Position numbers and translations under genes: made by a program. DNA of 63,929 nucleotides, counting the filler, from Choristocarpus tenellus KU-1152 (taxonomy: Eukaryota; Protista; Phaeophyceae), in NCBI GenBank assembly GCA_964200185.2. It is 12 parts of 12 records of this genome, joined end to end, with 100 filler letters (N's around TTAATTAATTAA, not from the genome) between each part and the next. Parts side by side here need not be neighbours in the genome. Positions count along the whole stretch, not along the records: positions 10,165 to 13,517 come from CAXNAD020020597.1; positions 13,618 to 18,310 come from CAXNAD020013445.1; positions 18,411 to 23,805 come from CAXNAD020010927.1; positions 23,906 to 33,200 come from CAXNAD020003805.1; 8 more parts are not named here. One strand, 5' to 3'. Each line of letters starts with the position of its first letter. Within the stretch, counting starts at the first letter, position 1. Positions 10,931 to 25,100 of this stretch are shown here, piece after piece. The notes beneath the pieces were generated by a model. It was not told the origin of the DNA. It did no database searches and worked only from the letters and a program-made list of their open reading frames with translations.

Positions 10931-12124
10931 CTTAGATATTACTATTGCTACTATTATTATTATTATTATTATTATCTGACTTCCCAGAACACCAGATGTA
11001 CTCCATCAAATGTTTTTGTTCCGAGCTATTTCTCTCACCGGAGCTCACAACATAAGAAAAGTAACAAAGTTCCTATCTTATCTTCTTATGCTTGATCATA
11101 TACATATCTTTCCGAGTGCCGCATGCGACATGACCATACACAGATAACAATCATACTTCAGAAATAACACGTTGCCCATTACCGAACCCCACAAAAAAAA
11201 ATGCAACAAAACAAAACAATTAAATTTAATTATTTATCGTTGGGAATGGACTCTAGCAGAAAAAAAATATATATATATATATTAGGGAACAACTAGTATC
11301 CCATTCCTCCCATCTTAAACTACAAAAAAAAAAACAGAATGTACAACAGTACTACAGGTTGTAGCTCCGCAGTAGATTTTATCCTAACCGCTCACACCGT
11401 AGGAATGCGAGGGTTCAAACCCCAGTCAACACAACACCTTTTATTTCAGGGAAATTTGTTGTCGACAGAACAAGAACAAGCGGCACGCACCACAACCGGA
11501 AAAGGTACACCTTGTACCCCTCCTGTGTCTGGTCACTGAACCACAACAAATAAAGCAGAAAAAAAAAATGTATTGCGGTGGCAACCCTTAACTCCAACCA
11601 GCCAAAGCACCAAATAAGAATCGGGGGAGGGGGAGGGGGAGCGACAGGAGGTGGGGTGGGTGGTGGTTCAGCACAAAATAAGAAAAATAAGAAATGCACA
11701 GGGGTACTACAGTGCAAGAGTCAAATCATACCTAATGAGAAGCACTGTAGTGCATAGTGCCTCTGGACACAGGGCGGGGCTAGGTAGGTAGGTTAGAGTT
11801 ATGTTTCTCATCCCAAGCTAAACCGCAGGTGGTAAAAATAATTAAATAATGGAGGTAAGGGAGAGGGCCTCCTTCACCCCAACAACCTGCACATGATCAC
11901 CACCATCACCAGTATTGATCTTCTTCCCCCACTGCCGCTAATATTAAATTCAACACCGCCACAGAAATAGAACGAGCTGGGGGTGGGGGGGGGGGGGGGG
12001 GGGGGGTAGGCCGGGGGGAAAAATGCAAGACAAAAATCGTATGATAGACTTAACTACAGCCCGAGACAAGAATACACCAAAAATACTTCACACCTGGCAG
12101 AGTGGCATTCAACAATTCTAACAC

Positions 12125-12155
<31 letters not shown>

Positions 12156-12173
12156 GAAACACATAACTTCCCC

Positions 12174-12215
<42 letters not shown>

Positions 12216-12482
12216 TTTCTCACCCTCACCCCCCCCCTCCCCAAACCCCACCCAGATGACTATGTACGAGGTGCAGGTGCAGCTCCTGTTTCATTTCATC
12301 CTTCCCTGAACCTACAGGAGGAAAGCAAGCCTTTTCTCCACCCCCCACCCCCCCAGCCGGAATCAACCCTGCATTGGCACCGCGGCCATTGCAATCACTC
12401 GCAGCAGAGTCTACCACAACAGCTCCAACATCTTCCATCTCCAATTCATTCTAAGGGAACACCTGGTGCGCCCATCGCAATG

Positions 12483-12537
<55 letters not shown>

Positions 12538-13418
12538 GAGTGTATAAAGGGTGAGAACAGAGCGAACAAGGGTGAGACAGTTCTCAGGACAAGGGAGTAA
12601 AAATATATATATATATATAAAGATAGCACTCCAGAAGGGATGATGCATGCGCCAGAAAAGAAAGTGAAGAAAAATTAATTCCATTGATGTGGGCAAGACA
12701 CATCACGCAAATCAAAACCGCACTACTGCTTGTGTGCTGTCTGTCTCCCTAGTAAACAGTCCTATCTATTTATCACAACAATCATACCCAACAAAAAATG
12801 CAAAAGAGGAGTGATAGTGGGGGCAAACATGACAAAATGTGCAACACACACACAGACACACACACACACAAACACACCTTGAAGGAAACAGTAGTAACGA
12901 CAAAACCCCCAAAAATTGTGCAACCGAATGCTTTTCTGGACCTTACTGTACCCAAACTGACTGTACGTAACAAAAAAAGTAATACTAATCTTTAACATAA
13001 AAAGGTTTCTCTCTAGGCATGCACATTTCTATCCCATTTATTTATTTGAAGGTAAACTTTCATATATATATTTTTAACACACATCAATCAAAGAGATAAG
13101 AACTTGATGTAGATTCATACGCATTATGGTCGCAGGGATCGATCGCCCTGTGCAAGCGCCTCTCACTGCTTTCGAATCCATTCCCATCAAAAGTTGCAAG
13201 GGGGAACATAGGTGTAACATGACAATACCCACAAAAAATATACTCACTCACTCACTCACTCGCATTGGACAGAAACGGACACTCAACACTCATCACATTT
13301 CACACAAAGGTGAATAAAAAAAAAGGAAAAAGAAACAAAACAAAAAAAACCAAGTGAGAAATACAATCAACACTATTAACAATAGAAAACTAAAAGAGTA
13401 GGGAAAAAAGAGAAATAC

Positions 13419-13455
<37 letters not shown>

Positions 13456-13814
13456 ACAAAAAAAAAAAAAAACAAAAAAAAAAAAAAAAAAAAAAGAAAA
13501 AAGAAAAGAAGAGACCANNNNNNNNNNNNNNNNNNNNNNNNNNNNNNNNNNNNNNNNNNNNTTAATTAATTAANNNNNNNNNNNNNNNNNNNNNNNNNNN
13601 NNNNNNNNNNNNNNNNNCCCTTCCAAGTGCAAAAACAGTAGCAAAAAAAAACTTTCAGCACTTTTTCAAGACCGTTTTCGCAGAACAACCATCCTCATAG
13701 CCCCGCTCCATCCTCAATTTTTAAAATCCACTGTTTAAGGCTCATAACCTGTGCATTTTACCTTGGGAGGTAATGCTATTTATCAGTAGTAAAGACAAGA
13801 AGGTGTGGAGCCTC

Positions 13815-14760
13815 TGTTACAGGCGAATAGCGCGAGCATTTCTTTCTGCGTGCCAAAATGCGCAAACAGTATACATACGAAAGAATTCATGCAAGAGGAA
13901 CATCACCCCATGTTCTGCGGGTAGTGTTTTTCATTATCAAATGTGATGAGATTTCTCATATATCTAGTTGGAAACAACAATGAAGGTAGATTGGAGACAC
14001 AGGAAAGTAGTAGTACAACATAGTGGTGAAGTAACAATAGATTAGTGTATTTCACATTTATGACATTTTATTTCTTTAGGGCTTACACTGACATGTGTGA
14101 GTAGTTTTCATTGGTTTCCCCCCTGACACGTCTGCAAAATGTCCGAGGGCATAATGATAAAATAATGATAATAGTGAAAAGCATTGTGGCCTCAGTAAGA
14201 TCCTCGGGGCAACACTCAAAGATTTGATATCTCATAGAGGAATTATCCAATCGAAGCAAACAATACGCATTTGTCTTAGCCAATCAAAATGCTACAAAAG
14301 CTACATCGTACAAGGACAAGGCTCACAATGGCTTGAGTACCATAGCAGATGCGCGTGCTATGTTTGCTAGCATGTCACACCCTTTCGCTGCCTCAGCCGA
14401 AACCCCGATCATTAGGCAGGAACTAGGACTACCTTACCAAAACAGGACGTCCATGCACGATGAGTTATCCAGCCAAACTTCGCTACCACACCAAGAGATT
14501 GTCAACAGTGTACTGGCAACCCTCATACCGATGCTTCAAACTGTTTTAACCCAGAACTCCTCGCCCGCTGTCTGTGCTGCTGTAAACAAATAACCTGCTT
14601 CGGTTCCTACTAAATACCGACATCATTCATTCCAAAAAGCAATACATCAAACCCATTCGACCAGTCACATCCGTTCCCCAGCCTGTGCTTCGATCCCCAC
14701 TTGCTTTAGCCACAGATAGGGCGAGCGATAGAAGTCGACACCATTCGGACAAAGACCTAC
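13815..14760 (+). mobile_element. Gypsy-family remnant: LTR start plus gag-like region
   Basis: TGTTACAGGCGAATA start shared with the LTR at 23439; about 14235-14760 is co-linear with 19095-19620. About 14040-14180 is a different repeat also seen at 37357-37500. Confidence 0.65.
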
Positions 14761-16021
14761 ATCACTCAATTCACTGCGGAATGTCCAGGGAAGGGTCGAA
14801 ATAGACGGCAGCTAACACGGGCTACGGCAGACTGCTCTTTCGTGATGGGGCGCCCATTAATCATGCTGAAGATGGTTTGAATTTGCTCGTCACCTTCGGG
14901 GGAGATGTTTCTTGTTTTTTGCATTTTTTCTTTTTGATAGTGAATTTCATTTTGCGCAATCTGATTTTCGTAGTGTATTTTCTTTCCGCCATTAGACAAG
15001 ATACAATAATGAATTTCACTTTGCGCAATCGCTGTAATTATAAAGAGTTAAAAATATCCTTCGAAACCCTTCTCTGCCAAGGTGGCAACCCTCTTCACAG
15101 AGGATGAATTTCTTCATTTGAGTGCCTCAATGAATGACCACACTGTTTCTATCAATCACAGTCTGCTTGAGTAAAACATGCCACAGACGTACCAGTACTC
15201 ATTTCACTCCAACCAAAGTCTGATTGAGTAAGACATCCCTTCAGACGCACCAGACCGAACCCGCAGGTGTCTTGTTACACTATGACCTATACTTGCCTCT
15301 AAACGTGCTAATCACAGCACAACCAAACATGCCCTCACATCGAACACAGTCTGACCAAATACAACATGTCATCAGACATACCAGAACAAATTCATCAATG
15401 CTTTGTTGTGCTATGATCTCCTTCGTCACAGATCAGACACATCACAACAACACACAACTCATACGAAATCAGGTTTCAACAGTGACTAGCTATCAACAAA
15501 TCATTTACATGCGTGTTATCAGCACTTCCAACACCCCGTGTTCCACTAGACGAAGTAAACAGATGGGTCAGCATCACATTGCTCAAAACCTAGTCCTTTG
15601 AGGGTTCCAACTAGTTTGAGATGTCAGTTGCGCAATGCTTGTACCAACCCATGCAATGATCTCTTGAGCTTTCCCACCATTACTGGAACTGCTGTCACAC
15701 CCTCCAGTAGTTCTTGTTCGATTAGACTCTTCCCAACTCTATTGGACAGTTACGGTAAAGTATGTATGGAGTAACGGAACAATCAATTAGTGGTTGAGTT
15801 ATCAGAACCTTTTACTAGTAATTAGTTGAAGGAGATTTTTTCTCATATAAAAGGAAATATTTCCGTTGTTATGGGGACTTGCATGCCCCACCTAAATCTA
15901 ATCAATTACTTTACAGACACCAAGCAATCTCGCCGGGTTTATCACCTTTACCCTCTTTGATGATTTTGGGGATACTTTAACACAATATATTGAACCCTAG
16001 GTTTTCACCCATCATTTCATC

Positions 16022-18310
16022 ATGTCTACACGAGGAGATGTGATTCAAGAATTGCGGGAACCTGTTCCTTCCGAGGGCCCATCTGTCCAAGAATTCAGAC
16101 AGCTTATGGAGTCGGTAGCGAAGCTGTCAAGAAACGTTGGCAATCTCATGGTTCAGTCTGAAATAGTCGGCGACGGAGATCATCCCGTCGTCCAGGCCGC
16201 TGTGCCCAGCACATGGCCTCCGGCTGGGGACGTACCAGTCGAAGTGGGTCCTATGGAACCCATGNNNNNNNNNNTATCAGAAATGAAGCAAGCCGGAGGT
16301 CCGGTTCTTCGGAGAGCTTGGGGACAGGCGCACATATTGTTCGCCCTACGACAAAGAGATCGAGAACCCAACCACCGAAACTATTGGACGACTCGGACTA
16401 CCGGGACTGGTGGAGGCGTTTCATCGTACATGCCGATATACTCACTGTTTGGATGCGTTGACAAGTGAAAGATCAGTCAATCAAGAACGCTCCTACGAGG
16501 AACTTCTCTTGGACGACTTCAGCGCAAACAATATCTGGAGGGCCGAAGAGGCCTACCATGCACTTACTGTTGCTCTCGTTGCACCCACACCAGGGCACTG
16601 TGCTATATGCACCAAAGCCCGAGCGAGCTTTTCCTAGCAATAGATGATTGGTTCATGCCTAATACGGTGGGTAATAGCCAACATTTGTTCCGTGCGTTTT
16701 TCACATCAAAGGTGGAGAAGCGGGCGAATCCGATCCTGACCTTAAACCACCTGGAAGAGCTTCGGGGGAGGATGCTATCAATGGACCTGGTGATCTCGGA
16801 CAAGCTGCTGCTTCTACAGTTCCTGAGTGCTCTCGGATCAGATTACAACACCGAGATACGCATGATGTCCTCGCAGAGAACACTATGTCGATAAGACGTA
16901 GAGAAACCTGCTAGAGAGCGATATGCTTCCCTTCATCACGGCAAGGACTCAAGACACCAAGAACAGCCATGCTTTGGTTGTTAACAGCTCATCGCAAGTG
17001 AAGAGTCAGTCTCATCGCAACGACCAAGGTCGTGGGGTCCAACGTAAACTTAATGGTGCAAGAAAGAAACATGGTTCTAATTCCAACCCAAAACGTTCCG
17101 AGAAGATTCCTTGTGAGAGATGCGGTAAGCATGGACATGAGAAGCCATCTTGCCCAAATCGCATTTGCACCAAATGTGGTGAACGTGCCCATGATGCAAC
17201 AACATGAACTTCGGTGTTCTTGACTACGGTGCAGTCTGGGAAGGAAGAGATCAAGACTGAGGCGAATCCTTCCCACATTACTGTGAATAGTACCACCAGC
17301 TGTGGTGACGAGCGATATGGACTACTGGTCGCCACTGAGGACTCTCCGAGCAGCAATGCTCCAGGCAAGTGTGGGGAAAACGAATGTTTGTTGTCAAGTG
17401 TTGGGTTGGCCGCAAGAGAGGAATGGATTTTGGACAGTGCGACTTCATGTCATGTAACAAACATGGTAAACTCCATGACAAATTACAAGCCTTGCATTGG
17501 AAATGAAAGGGTAGTCACTGCTAGCCAAAATTCCTTTTGCATCGCTGGTCATGGTGATCTAACCATCTTGTTTCCTTCACGCGACAACAAGAAGGTAGAA
17601 ATACTCCTTCAAAATGTCGCCCATGTCCCTGATCTAGGATTCAACCTTTTCTCTTGCGAAGCAGCAGCTGACAAGGGTGCAAAAAGCATTTTCACAGCCA
17701 GCACATTCTCGATATTAGATGGATGGAGTACTTAACTTCACAAGAGATTCTGGTTGCCACTACACCCTCCATGATCAACGCATATTGCCGCGACTAGATC
17801 AAAATGCTGAAGTTGCTTTAAAGGCCACTATAGCCCCCTCGCTTGCATCCCACGCTCCCCACACCAACATTGATATTAACCTCTTCCACCGCTCTTATGG
17901 CCACACACACGAGGCATTGCTCAAGTCCGTCGCCACTTCAATGGGCATTACATTGGTGGGTGAGCTGGAGCCATGTGCGGGCTGCTCCATGAGCAACGGC
18001 ATACGGAAGGGCGTTCGGTCCAGCACGTCTACAAGGGCGGTAAGAAAGCTGGATCGTGTTTTTGTCGACTCAAGTGGGAAGAGGGCTACCCTTTCAATCG
18101 GTGGTAAGCAATACACCATGATAATTCGGGACGATTATTCTCGTTTGTTTGGTTGTATTTCCTTCGTGCAAAGTCGGATGCTGCCGAAGCCTTCAAGAAG
18201 TACCTGGTCGATATCCGGGCTGATGGTACTCCCTCTCGGGTCATGTGTGTGCGGTCTGATAATGGGGGGAAATTTTATGAGGGTGCTTTCGGCGCTCTTT
18301 GTCGTGATCG
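16022..18310 (+). mobile_element. Ty1/copia retrotransposon gag-PR-integrase, disrupted, truncated at contig end
   Basis: Gag LLQFLSALGSDYNTEI; zinc knuckles CERCGKHGHEKPSC and CTKCGERAHDATT*; protease WILDSATSCHVT; integrase HHCC FHRSYGHTHEALL...CAGC; core VFVDSSG..IRDDYSR..VRSDNGGKF; stops and frameshifts. Confidence 0.93.
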
Positions 18311-19089
18311 NNNNNNNNNNNNNNNNNNNNNNNNNNNNNNNNNNNNNNNNNNNNTTAATTAATTAANNNNNNNNNNNNNNNNNNNNNNNNNNNNNNNNNN
18401 NNNNNNNNNNGGTTGCGCTGAGAATCAGTGATTCGAAGATGTTCCTGCCCAAGGCCAGACTTTACAAGAACTCTTGCAGCAGCCGTGACGGCTCAACCTG
18501 TTTATGCATTGCATCCATGCATCAACAATTTCACCCCTTTCCACATCGAGCTTGTCGAAGACTCTTGCCCGACTTTCTTAGGACACACAGCGGTCCTTTC
18601 AGGTGCTTCGTCTTCAATCAACATCCCACACATCAAAGGACAGCTCTTACAGGTTCGTTGAGACATTACGGCAACGGATGGGTTCATATTTCGGTGAGAG
18701 AATACACCCTTTTTTAGGTGGCCAGCCGAGGATGGGGTCAAGGTTGCCATGTTTTTTTTAAGAGAGAAAATGGTGTGACGCGGAAGGCTGCGGCCATAGC
18801 TTTCCATTATCATCGAGCGCATACGTTAGACTTGCGAATGCCCCATAAATGCAAGGCTCGTTTTGGGGGGGATATATAGGTGATCAACTCGTTGGATCAA
18901 CTCGTTGATTTGTACAAACATGCCCAACTCCCCTGCCCATACCAAATTAACCTCTCTTCTCTAATATACTACGTATTGTATTTTTTCTCTACAGATTAGA
19001 AGCCAAATTCGCCCACTAGGATTTTCGCAGAATAATCCTTTGGGGAACGAGATAGTAAACCATCGAATTAACCATAACGGTTTATTGAT

Positions 19090-22000
19090 TAAATAGAAGA
19101 GTTATCCAATGGAAGTGACCGATTTATCCTAGCCAATAAAAAATGCTGCAAAACCACCTACATTGTAGAAGGTGGAGACTTCCATCGTTTTGGCTAGGTG
19201 GTAGAGACGCTTGTTTGCTAGCATGTCACACCCTTGCGCTGCCTCAGTCGAAACCCTGATCGTCAGGCAGAAACAAGGACTATATCGCCACAGCAGGACT
19301 TCCATGCACGAATAGGTATCAGGTCAAACTTCACTTTTATACAGAGAAGTTGTCAAACATGTACTGGCAGCCCTTGCACCGATGCTTCAACCTGTGCTAA
19401 CCCAGAAACCCTCGCCAACTGTCTGTGCAGCCTTAAATACCGAACCTTCTTCTGTTCCCAGCAAGCTCAGTACCTAGTTCGTTCCCAAAAAAAACAAGGC
19501 ACCAAAACCCGTCCGATCAGTCACATCCGTTCCCCAGCCTGTGCTGTGATCCCTATTTGCTTTAGCCACAGACAGGACGAACGATAGAAGTAGGCACGAT
19601 TTTGGCAAAGGCTTACCTCCATCTTCTACCTCCACAAGACGAAGTCGACATATGGCTAAAAGCGCACCAAGTTTGCTTTCATCATGCCTCTAGTGAATAC
19701 TGCTTCACGTCTATAACTGACGAGTGCAGGTATACGTAATGCCACTCATTAGTTCCCAGAGGAATCCACTCATACCTTTCGGGAACCCACCGATGACCTC
19801 CTGGTACTCAATCTACTACAGTGTCTCGTACGATGGTAGCCTCAATAGAAACGAATCTCCGATACCTAGCAGCGATGCAACACTCGAAACTTTCTCCACT
19901 ATCCGCGAGAAGCCCAAACGTTTCGGACGTTGCAGAGTCGTCTTGAAGTTGCACCATGGAATCTGAAGCCCCAGCGGTCCATGTCACTCAAACTATAGAC
20001 AAGACTTTCATTCCCTCCTCGATAATATTCGCCATGACACTGACCATTGTACTAGTCAAGTATCAATATATGCCCTGCCATGTCACCCACATAGAGTCCA
20101 CTCGAGAATGCTTGCCCAGGTACTCCTTGACACAGGTGCAGATCTCATCTATTTTCTTGAAAATTGCTTACCACAGCTCAACATGGCAGGCAATGGTACC
20201 TCAAATGCAGCAAACCTCAGAGGGTGCAATATTCTACCTGTACTGGTACTGAGGTCATGCAAACTTCTAATAGCGTTTTCCCCAGAGGAAAAGTACGCAA
20301 TATGGCTCTTAGGATAATGGTGGGGATCCCATACGAAATTATTTTTAGGTAAAACATTTTGTAGGCAACACTGGAGTGAACTGCCATTTAGAGAAGACCA
20401 ATGCTCCCAACCATCACCACTGTCACCATGGGTACATTTTGTCAACATTCCAACACCTAGATCGAGCAGTAGCAATGTACCCTTGTCAGACCTTAGCAAA
20501 TGGCATTGTGGTACAAAGGAAAGTCCTAAGATGGATAGTTGTTAGACTAGGTAACTAAACAGAAGAAATTAACAGCTTTAACTTAGTACAGTTAGATGTT
20601 CATCTTGCCTTCTAGGAGGACCTTCACAACTCTAACACAAGACCATGTCCAACTAATGTTCCCACCCAAGAACAACTCTTGCCTGGAGAGGATGTGTTGC
20701 GTCTCTTCCCTCTAGGTACTAGAGTCAAACATTTTGGATGAATGAAAGCTGAAGAGACTGGTAGGACAAGGTCCAGTTTTTGAGTTCAAGTCACCCCACT
20801 GGAGGGTATGGTTGAAGGATGGAGGTAAGGAGGAATTCGGCAGGAGAGAGATGAGTGCCTCCTCCAGAAACCCTTCCAGCAGGTAACAACTGTGTGCCTG
20901 AGGGACAAGGTGAGGTCCAGCTGGTACATGCTAGAACAAGAAATTTAAGCATTGAAAATCATAAGTAACTGAAAGGAATGTGAGGCAACAGAAGTTAAGA
21001 TGAAGCTGCCCACATTAGAGTACACAGTATTATACATTGGTTGTATAGGTTGAAGTTCTTGGAAAATATAAACACTGAACTCATTAATTTTTTATTTTTT
21101 ACTTTGCAACAACTCTGTGATCTTGAATCCTTACGTCTTTCTAATGTTATTTATTTTTTGTTCTCATCCCATCACCCCCTGATTTTGAATTTCATTTTCT
21201 TTTCATAGTTGTTACCCTCCTTATTTACTCACTTTTCTTTTCTTTTTTTCTTCCCTTTTAGTTTTTGTGCTTTTATTTTATTTTATTTACTATTCAGTTT
21301 CCACTTTATTAACCTCATCATCCACACATTTTTTTATTATTTATTTTCTATCTATTGCTCATTTTATCTTTTTCTCTTTATTTATTTTTGGTACTGTTTG
21401 TTGCTCTAATTGACTCTTCTTTATTTATTTTATTATATTTTTCATTGCCTGTTTTGCACACAAGCAACCTGGAGTATGCTTTGTGCATGGGGGGCATAGG
21501 ACAGGCAATAATCAGATGCTGTGTAGGTCATGAATAGTGTAAGTCTAATCCTTGATAGCACTTACATTTTTGTAACTGGGAAGATTAGAACGGAAGACAC
21601 ACGAATTGTACGCCCAATCAGAGCTATGTATTTTGTAACTTTTGAAGGTCCAGTTCAAAAGAAACAAGGTATAATCGGACTAGGCCAGGGGCAATCTGAC
21701 TCTAATGTTATTCTGTGACCTTGGAAAATTTTCCCAGGGTACACAAGGATATTTGCCGACCTGTTTTGAGGCTAGTTGGATTTATATATATATATATATT
21801 CTTATAATAAAAGTATGTACTCTTATCTGGTCAGACATATATTGATCTTGACTTTGTCTTACAACTTTTGTGGATCCGTTCTCGAAGGAAACCAGAGGAG
21901 TGTTGGTCATTGTTGGAATCCCTGGGTGAATTTGGAACTGGATTCCCTATGTCGGAGAAAATTGGCAGAGTCTGAACTGAAGCCCCTATGTTACCAAATG

Positions 22001-23805
22001 GCAATTATGCAGGCCACCGCAGCATGATAAAAGGTGATGGATATTTATTATCCAGATAATGATTACTGTCTGTAGAAAGCATGGAACAGGTAGTCCCTGC
22101 ATGGAACATAGGATAGCAGAAGTCATAAATATGAAGTAACCCATATCAGACCAGACAGTAACTTTCAGAGGATGCTTTTATCTATTTATTTTCATTTTTA
22201 CTTTGCTATTTTCATTTTATTACATTTTTTCTTTCTCCCTTTCTATCAGACCAGGTACCCCCTTGCGCCCTTACTATGCTCTACCTTCAATTCTTTCTTT
22301 TCTGTCCCTTGTATCCTCTATTTTATATATTTATTATTTATTTTGGGCGCTGATGATGTTATTGCCTGTTTTACTTACCAGCAGTCATCAGTATGCTTCG
22401 TGCTGGGGGGCATGAGGCAGGCAATATTCAGATGATACTCAGCACCTTAAGGAAGCTGTACTTTAGAAAGAGCAAAGGTGTGCTCAGATTAGGCTAGACG
22501 CAGACAGATTCCCCCAAGTAAGATAGGGATACATGTTTAGCCCTAGTAGGAGTTGGGCATATTTTCGGCAACAATCAGATGATACTTGGCACTCTAGGAA
22601 AGCTGTACCTTAGAGAGAATGAATATATCCTCAGAATTCGGCTAGACACAGACAGATTTCCCCAAGTAGGATAAGGATACATGTTTAGGCCTAGTAGAAG
22701 TTTGGCATATATTTTTTTGCTCTTCCTTCTCCCTACTACAGGATGATTTGAGGTGATGAATGATGTCTATTGTATTCACCAGTAACAATCACTTGTAGTA
22801 AATGTTATATAGGATACATTCTTCTTTTGTGTTATTTTTGGATGTTCTTATTTTCTCCTTTTCGTTATCCTGAAGTCCCAGCCCAAAAGAACAGGCATAT
22901 TTAGGTTAGGCAGACACAATTTGAATAAGATTACATCCTATGACCTTGTGGATGGACTCAGAATTGTGGAGATGAATCACATTTATGATTAAGGTGATCG
23001 GAACTGGGGTCCCATTCATTTTAGGTCATGTCAGAGATGTATACCTTGCAATTTTTGAAGATGTTTTAGAAAGAGCAAGTACATACTCAGACTAGCCGAG
23101 ATGGAAATGATATTCTGTGCCTCTTAGGATAAATTATCCCAAGAGAAACATGGATGTGTGTTGATCGATTTTGGTCCTAGTTGAAGTTAGATATTTTTAA
23201 AATAAATATATACTTTGATTAGCTCAGACATTTATTGGTTCTGACTGTGTCTTAAGACTTTGAGGAAAGGTTGGAAACAGCTGACAAGTTGAAACTGGAG
23301 CCCCTCTTTTGTGTGATGGCAACTAACTCATGCTGCTACAGCGTGATCTAAGGTGACAAGTAATATCTATTGTCTTAACCTGTGACAGTCGCCTCTTGTA
23401 AGTGTGAAACATGTATAACTATTTCACGCTGGGGGGCATGTTACAGGCGAATAACACGAGTATTTCTTCCCGCGCTTTGACTGGCACGAGCAGTATACGC
23501 GCATGGGGAACCCCAAAAGGGGGAACTCCGATTGACTAAAAGTTGTAGAATAAACTGTAACTCGGGTAGTTGCAGAGGGTCATGAATGAATGGTCGGAAA
23601 GGGTTCTGAGATACATACCAGTATTTACGATCCCCCCAAGAAAACTGAGAACGCATATGATGATTAGAGTTCCTACAAACAGCTCAAGACGGCTCAGTTA
23701 TTCTGACCTAACAGAGAGACCCACACATGACACTCTTAAAAACCAATGCAAAACTTTATATACATTTTGTACTGATTGAATCAATCAAGAGTACCCCCGT
23801 TCTGC
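19090..23805 (+). mobile_element. Internally deleted Ty3/gypsy-like element (gag, protease, chromo/Tudor-like remnant, long repetitive 3' region, 3' LTR)
   Basis: gag region homologous to 14235-14760; protease LLDTGAD near 20120; no RT/RNaseH/IN core recognised; purine-rich GGGGGGCA directly before the LTR at 23439. Confidence 0.7.
23439..23805 (+). repeat. 3' LTR of the gypsy-like element (truncated by contig end)
   Basis: Starts TGTTACAGGCG; co-linear with the reverse complement of 59360-59776. Confidence 0.85.
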
Positions 23806-23905
23806 NNNNNNNNNNNNNNNNNNNNNNNNNNNNNNNNNNNNNNNNNNNNTTAATTAATTAANNNNNNNNNNNNNNNNNNNNNNNNNNNNNNNNNNNNNNN
23901 NNNNN

Positions 23906-23953
23906 AGGGTGAAAAACGGACGCCGACACCCCCCCCCCCAGATACTTTGACCC
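23906..23953. mobile_element. MITE family B terminus
   Basis: AGGGTGAAAAACGGACGCCGACA(C)nAGATACTTTGACCC; near-identical to 37967-38012. Confidence 0.85.
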
Positions 23954-24140
23954 TGTTCAAAATGAACCAGCATACCTGAGAGCAAAATACTGATGGTGAG
24001 GGGGATATACCAGGGAAATCTCGGTTTAGAATTTTTTTCCAAGACTCTGAGTCACCCCAGGACCCTCAAACTGGCAGCCCATCCACTAGCTCATCCCTGA
24101 GGTCCTTGGCCAAGGCCTTGACTACACCCTCTTGCTTTTT

Positions 24141-25100
24141 TTACAGTTGCAACCATTCCTGAGCCCTAGTGATGGTACTGTTGGTTGGAAGCTCACCAGC
24201 CTTGATCTCAAGGTCTTCCAAAGCCTTCCCCAAGTCAAGGGTCACAGTCTCCTCTCCCTCCTCTCTTTGTCGGACACTCACACTCAGTTTTTCCAGGACC
24301 TCTGTGAGGTCAAAGATATGCACCATCATGATGTACCCCATGACTCACCGCTGCAGCTAGCTAAGTTTGCTTTGGGGCATTGACCACTCTCCTTAACCAG
24401 TACCTATGGCCAAGGTTGGGAGGTGGGGTAGAAACAGGGATCTATTATTGTGCCATGGAAGCACGGTCTAGGGGGATGAATATGAGGTAGAGTGGTGAGG
24501 GCACTCATAGGAGAGAACTTCAGTCTTGTTTACTTGGTGATGGAGTCCTCTGTGATCTTGTCCCAGGCCCTGACTCCGATCTCACAAGCATCCAGTGTGT
24601 GAGCAAAATAACTCTAATTCATTCCAGGTACCTCCCAAACCATTTTCTGTCATGTGCCTCATGATGTAGTTGACAGAAGCCATCGATATCTTCGACACCT
24701 GGACATACTGCTGATGACATACTGTTGATAACATACTGTTGATGACATACTATTGATGACATACTTCATCCTGCAATGTGCCTTGTATATGCACAGCAAT
24801 AATGCCTGGTCCATTCACTTGTGTTTTCTGATGCAGTTAGGCGGGAACTCCATCGTTGTCGCCTGTCTCTCACCCATGCCCAGCATAGTTATTCATCAGG
24901 AGTAGAATAGGGTTGGAAAGTCGATCTCCCCACATGCGGCAGCAAGATGGTACAAAACCATTTGTTGAAAGTTGACTGGTCAGACCATGCAATCCTCTGG
25001 ATGATGTAAACACACGAAGGTGACCTTTTCCTGGTAATTTTACCACAAATGGGGTTCTAACAAGCCTGGACAGGCATGTCTGCCCACTCCAAGGCGTCAA
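24141..25100 (-). pseudogene. Degraded pogo/Tigger-like DDE (DDE_1) transposase
   Basis: Ordered motifs across frameshifts: AWSDQSTFNKWF, PILLLMNNYAGH (LLLLDNxxxH), FPPNC..MDQ(G)II, YKAHCR, LDACEIGVRAWDKITEDSI. Confidence 0.8.

Noticed and set aside
12050-12554. Pro/Gly-rich ORFs in contig 2
   Set aside because: Dominated by poly-C and CA/GT repeats; a minus-strand exon is possible but no consistent splice model could be built.
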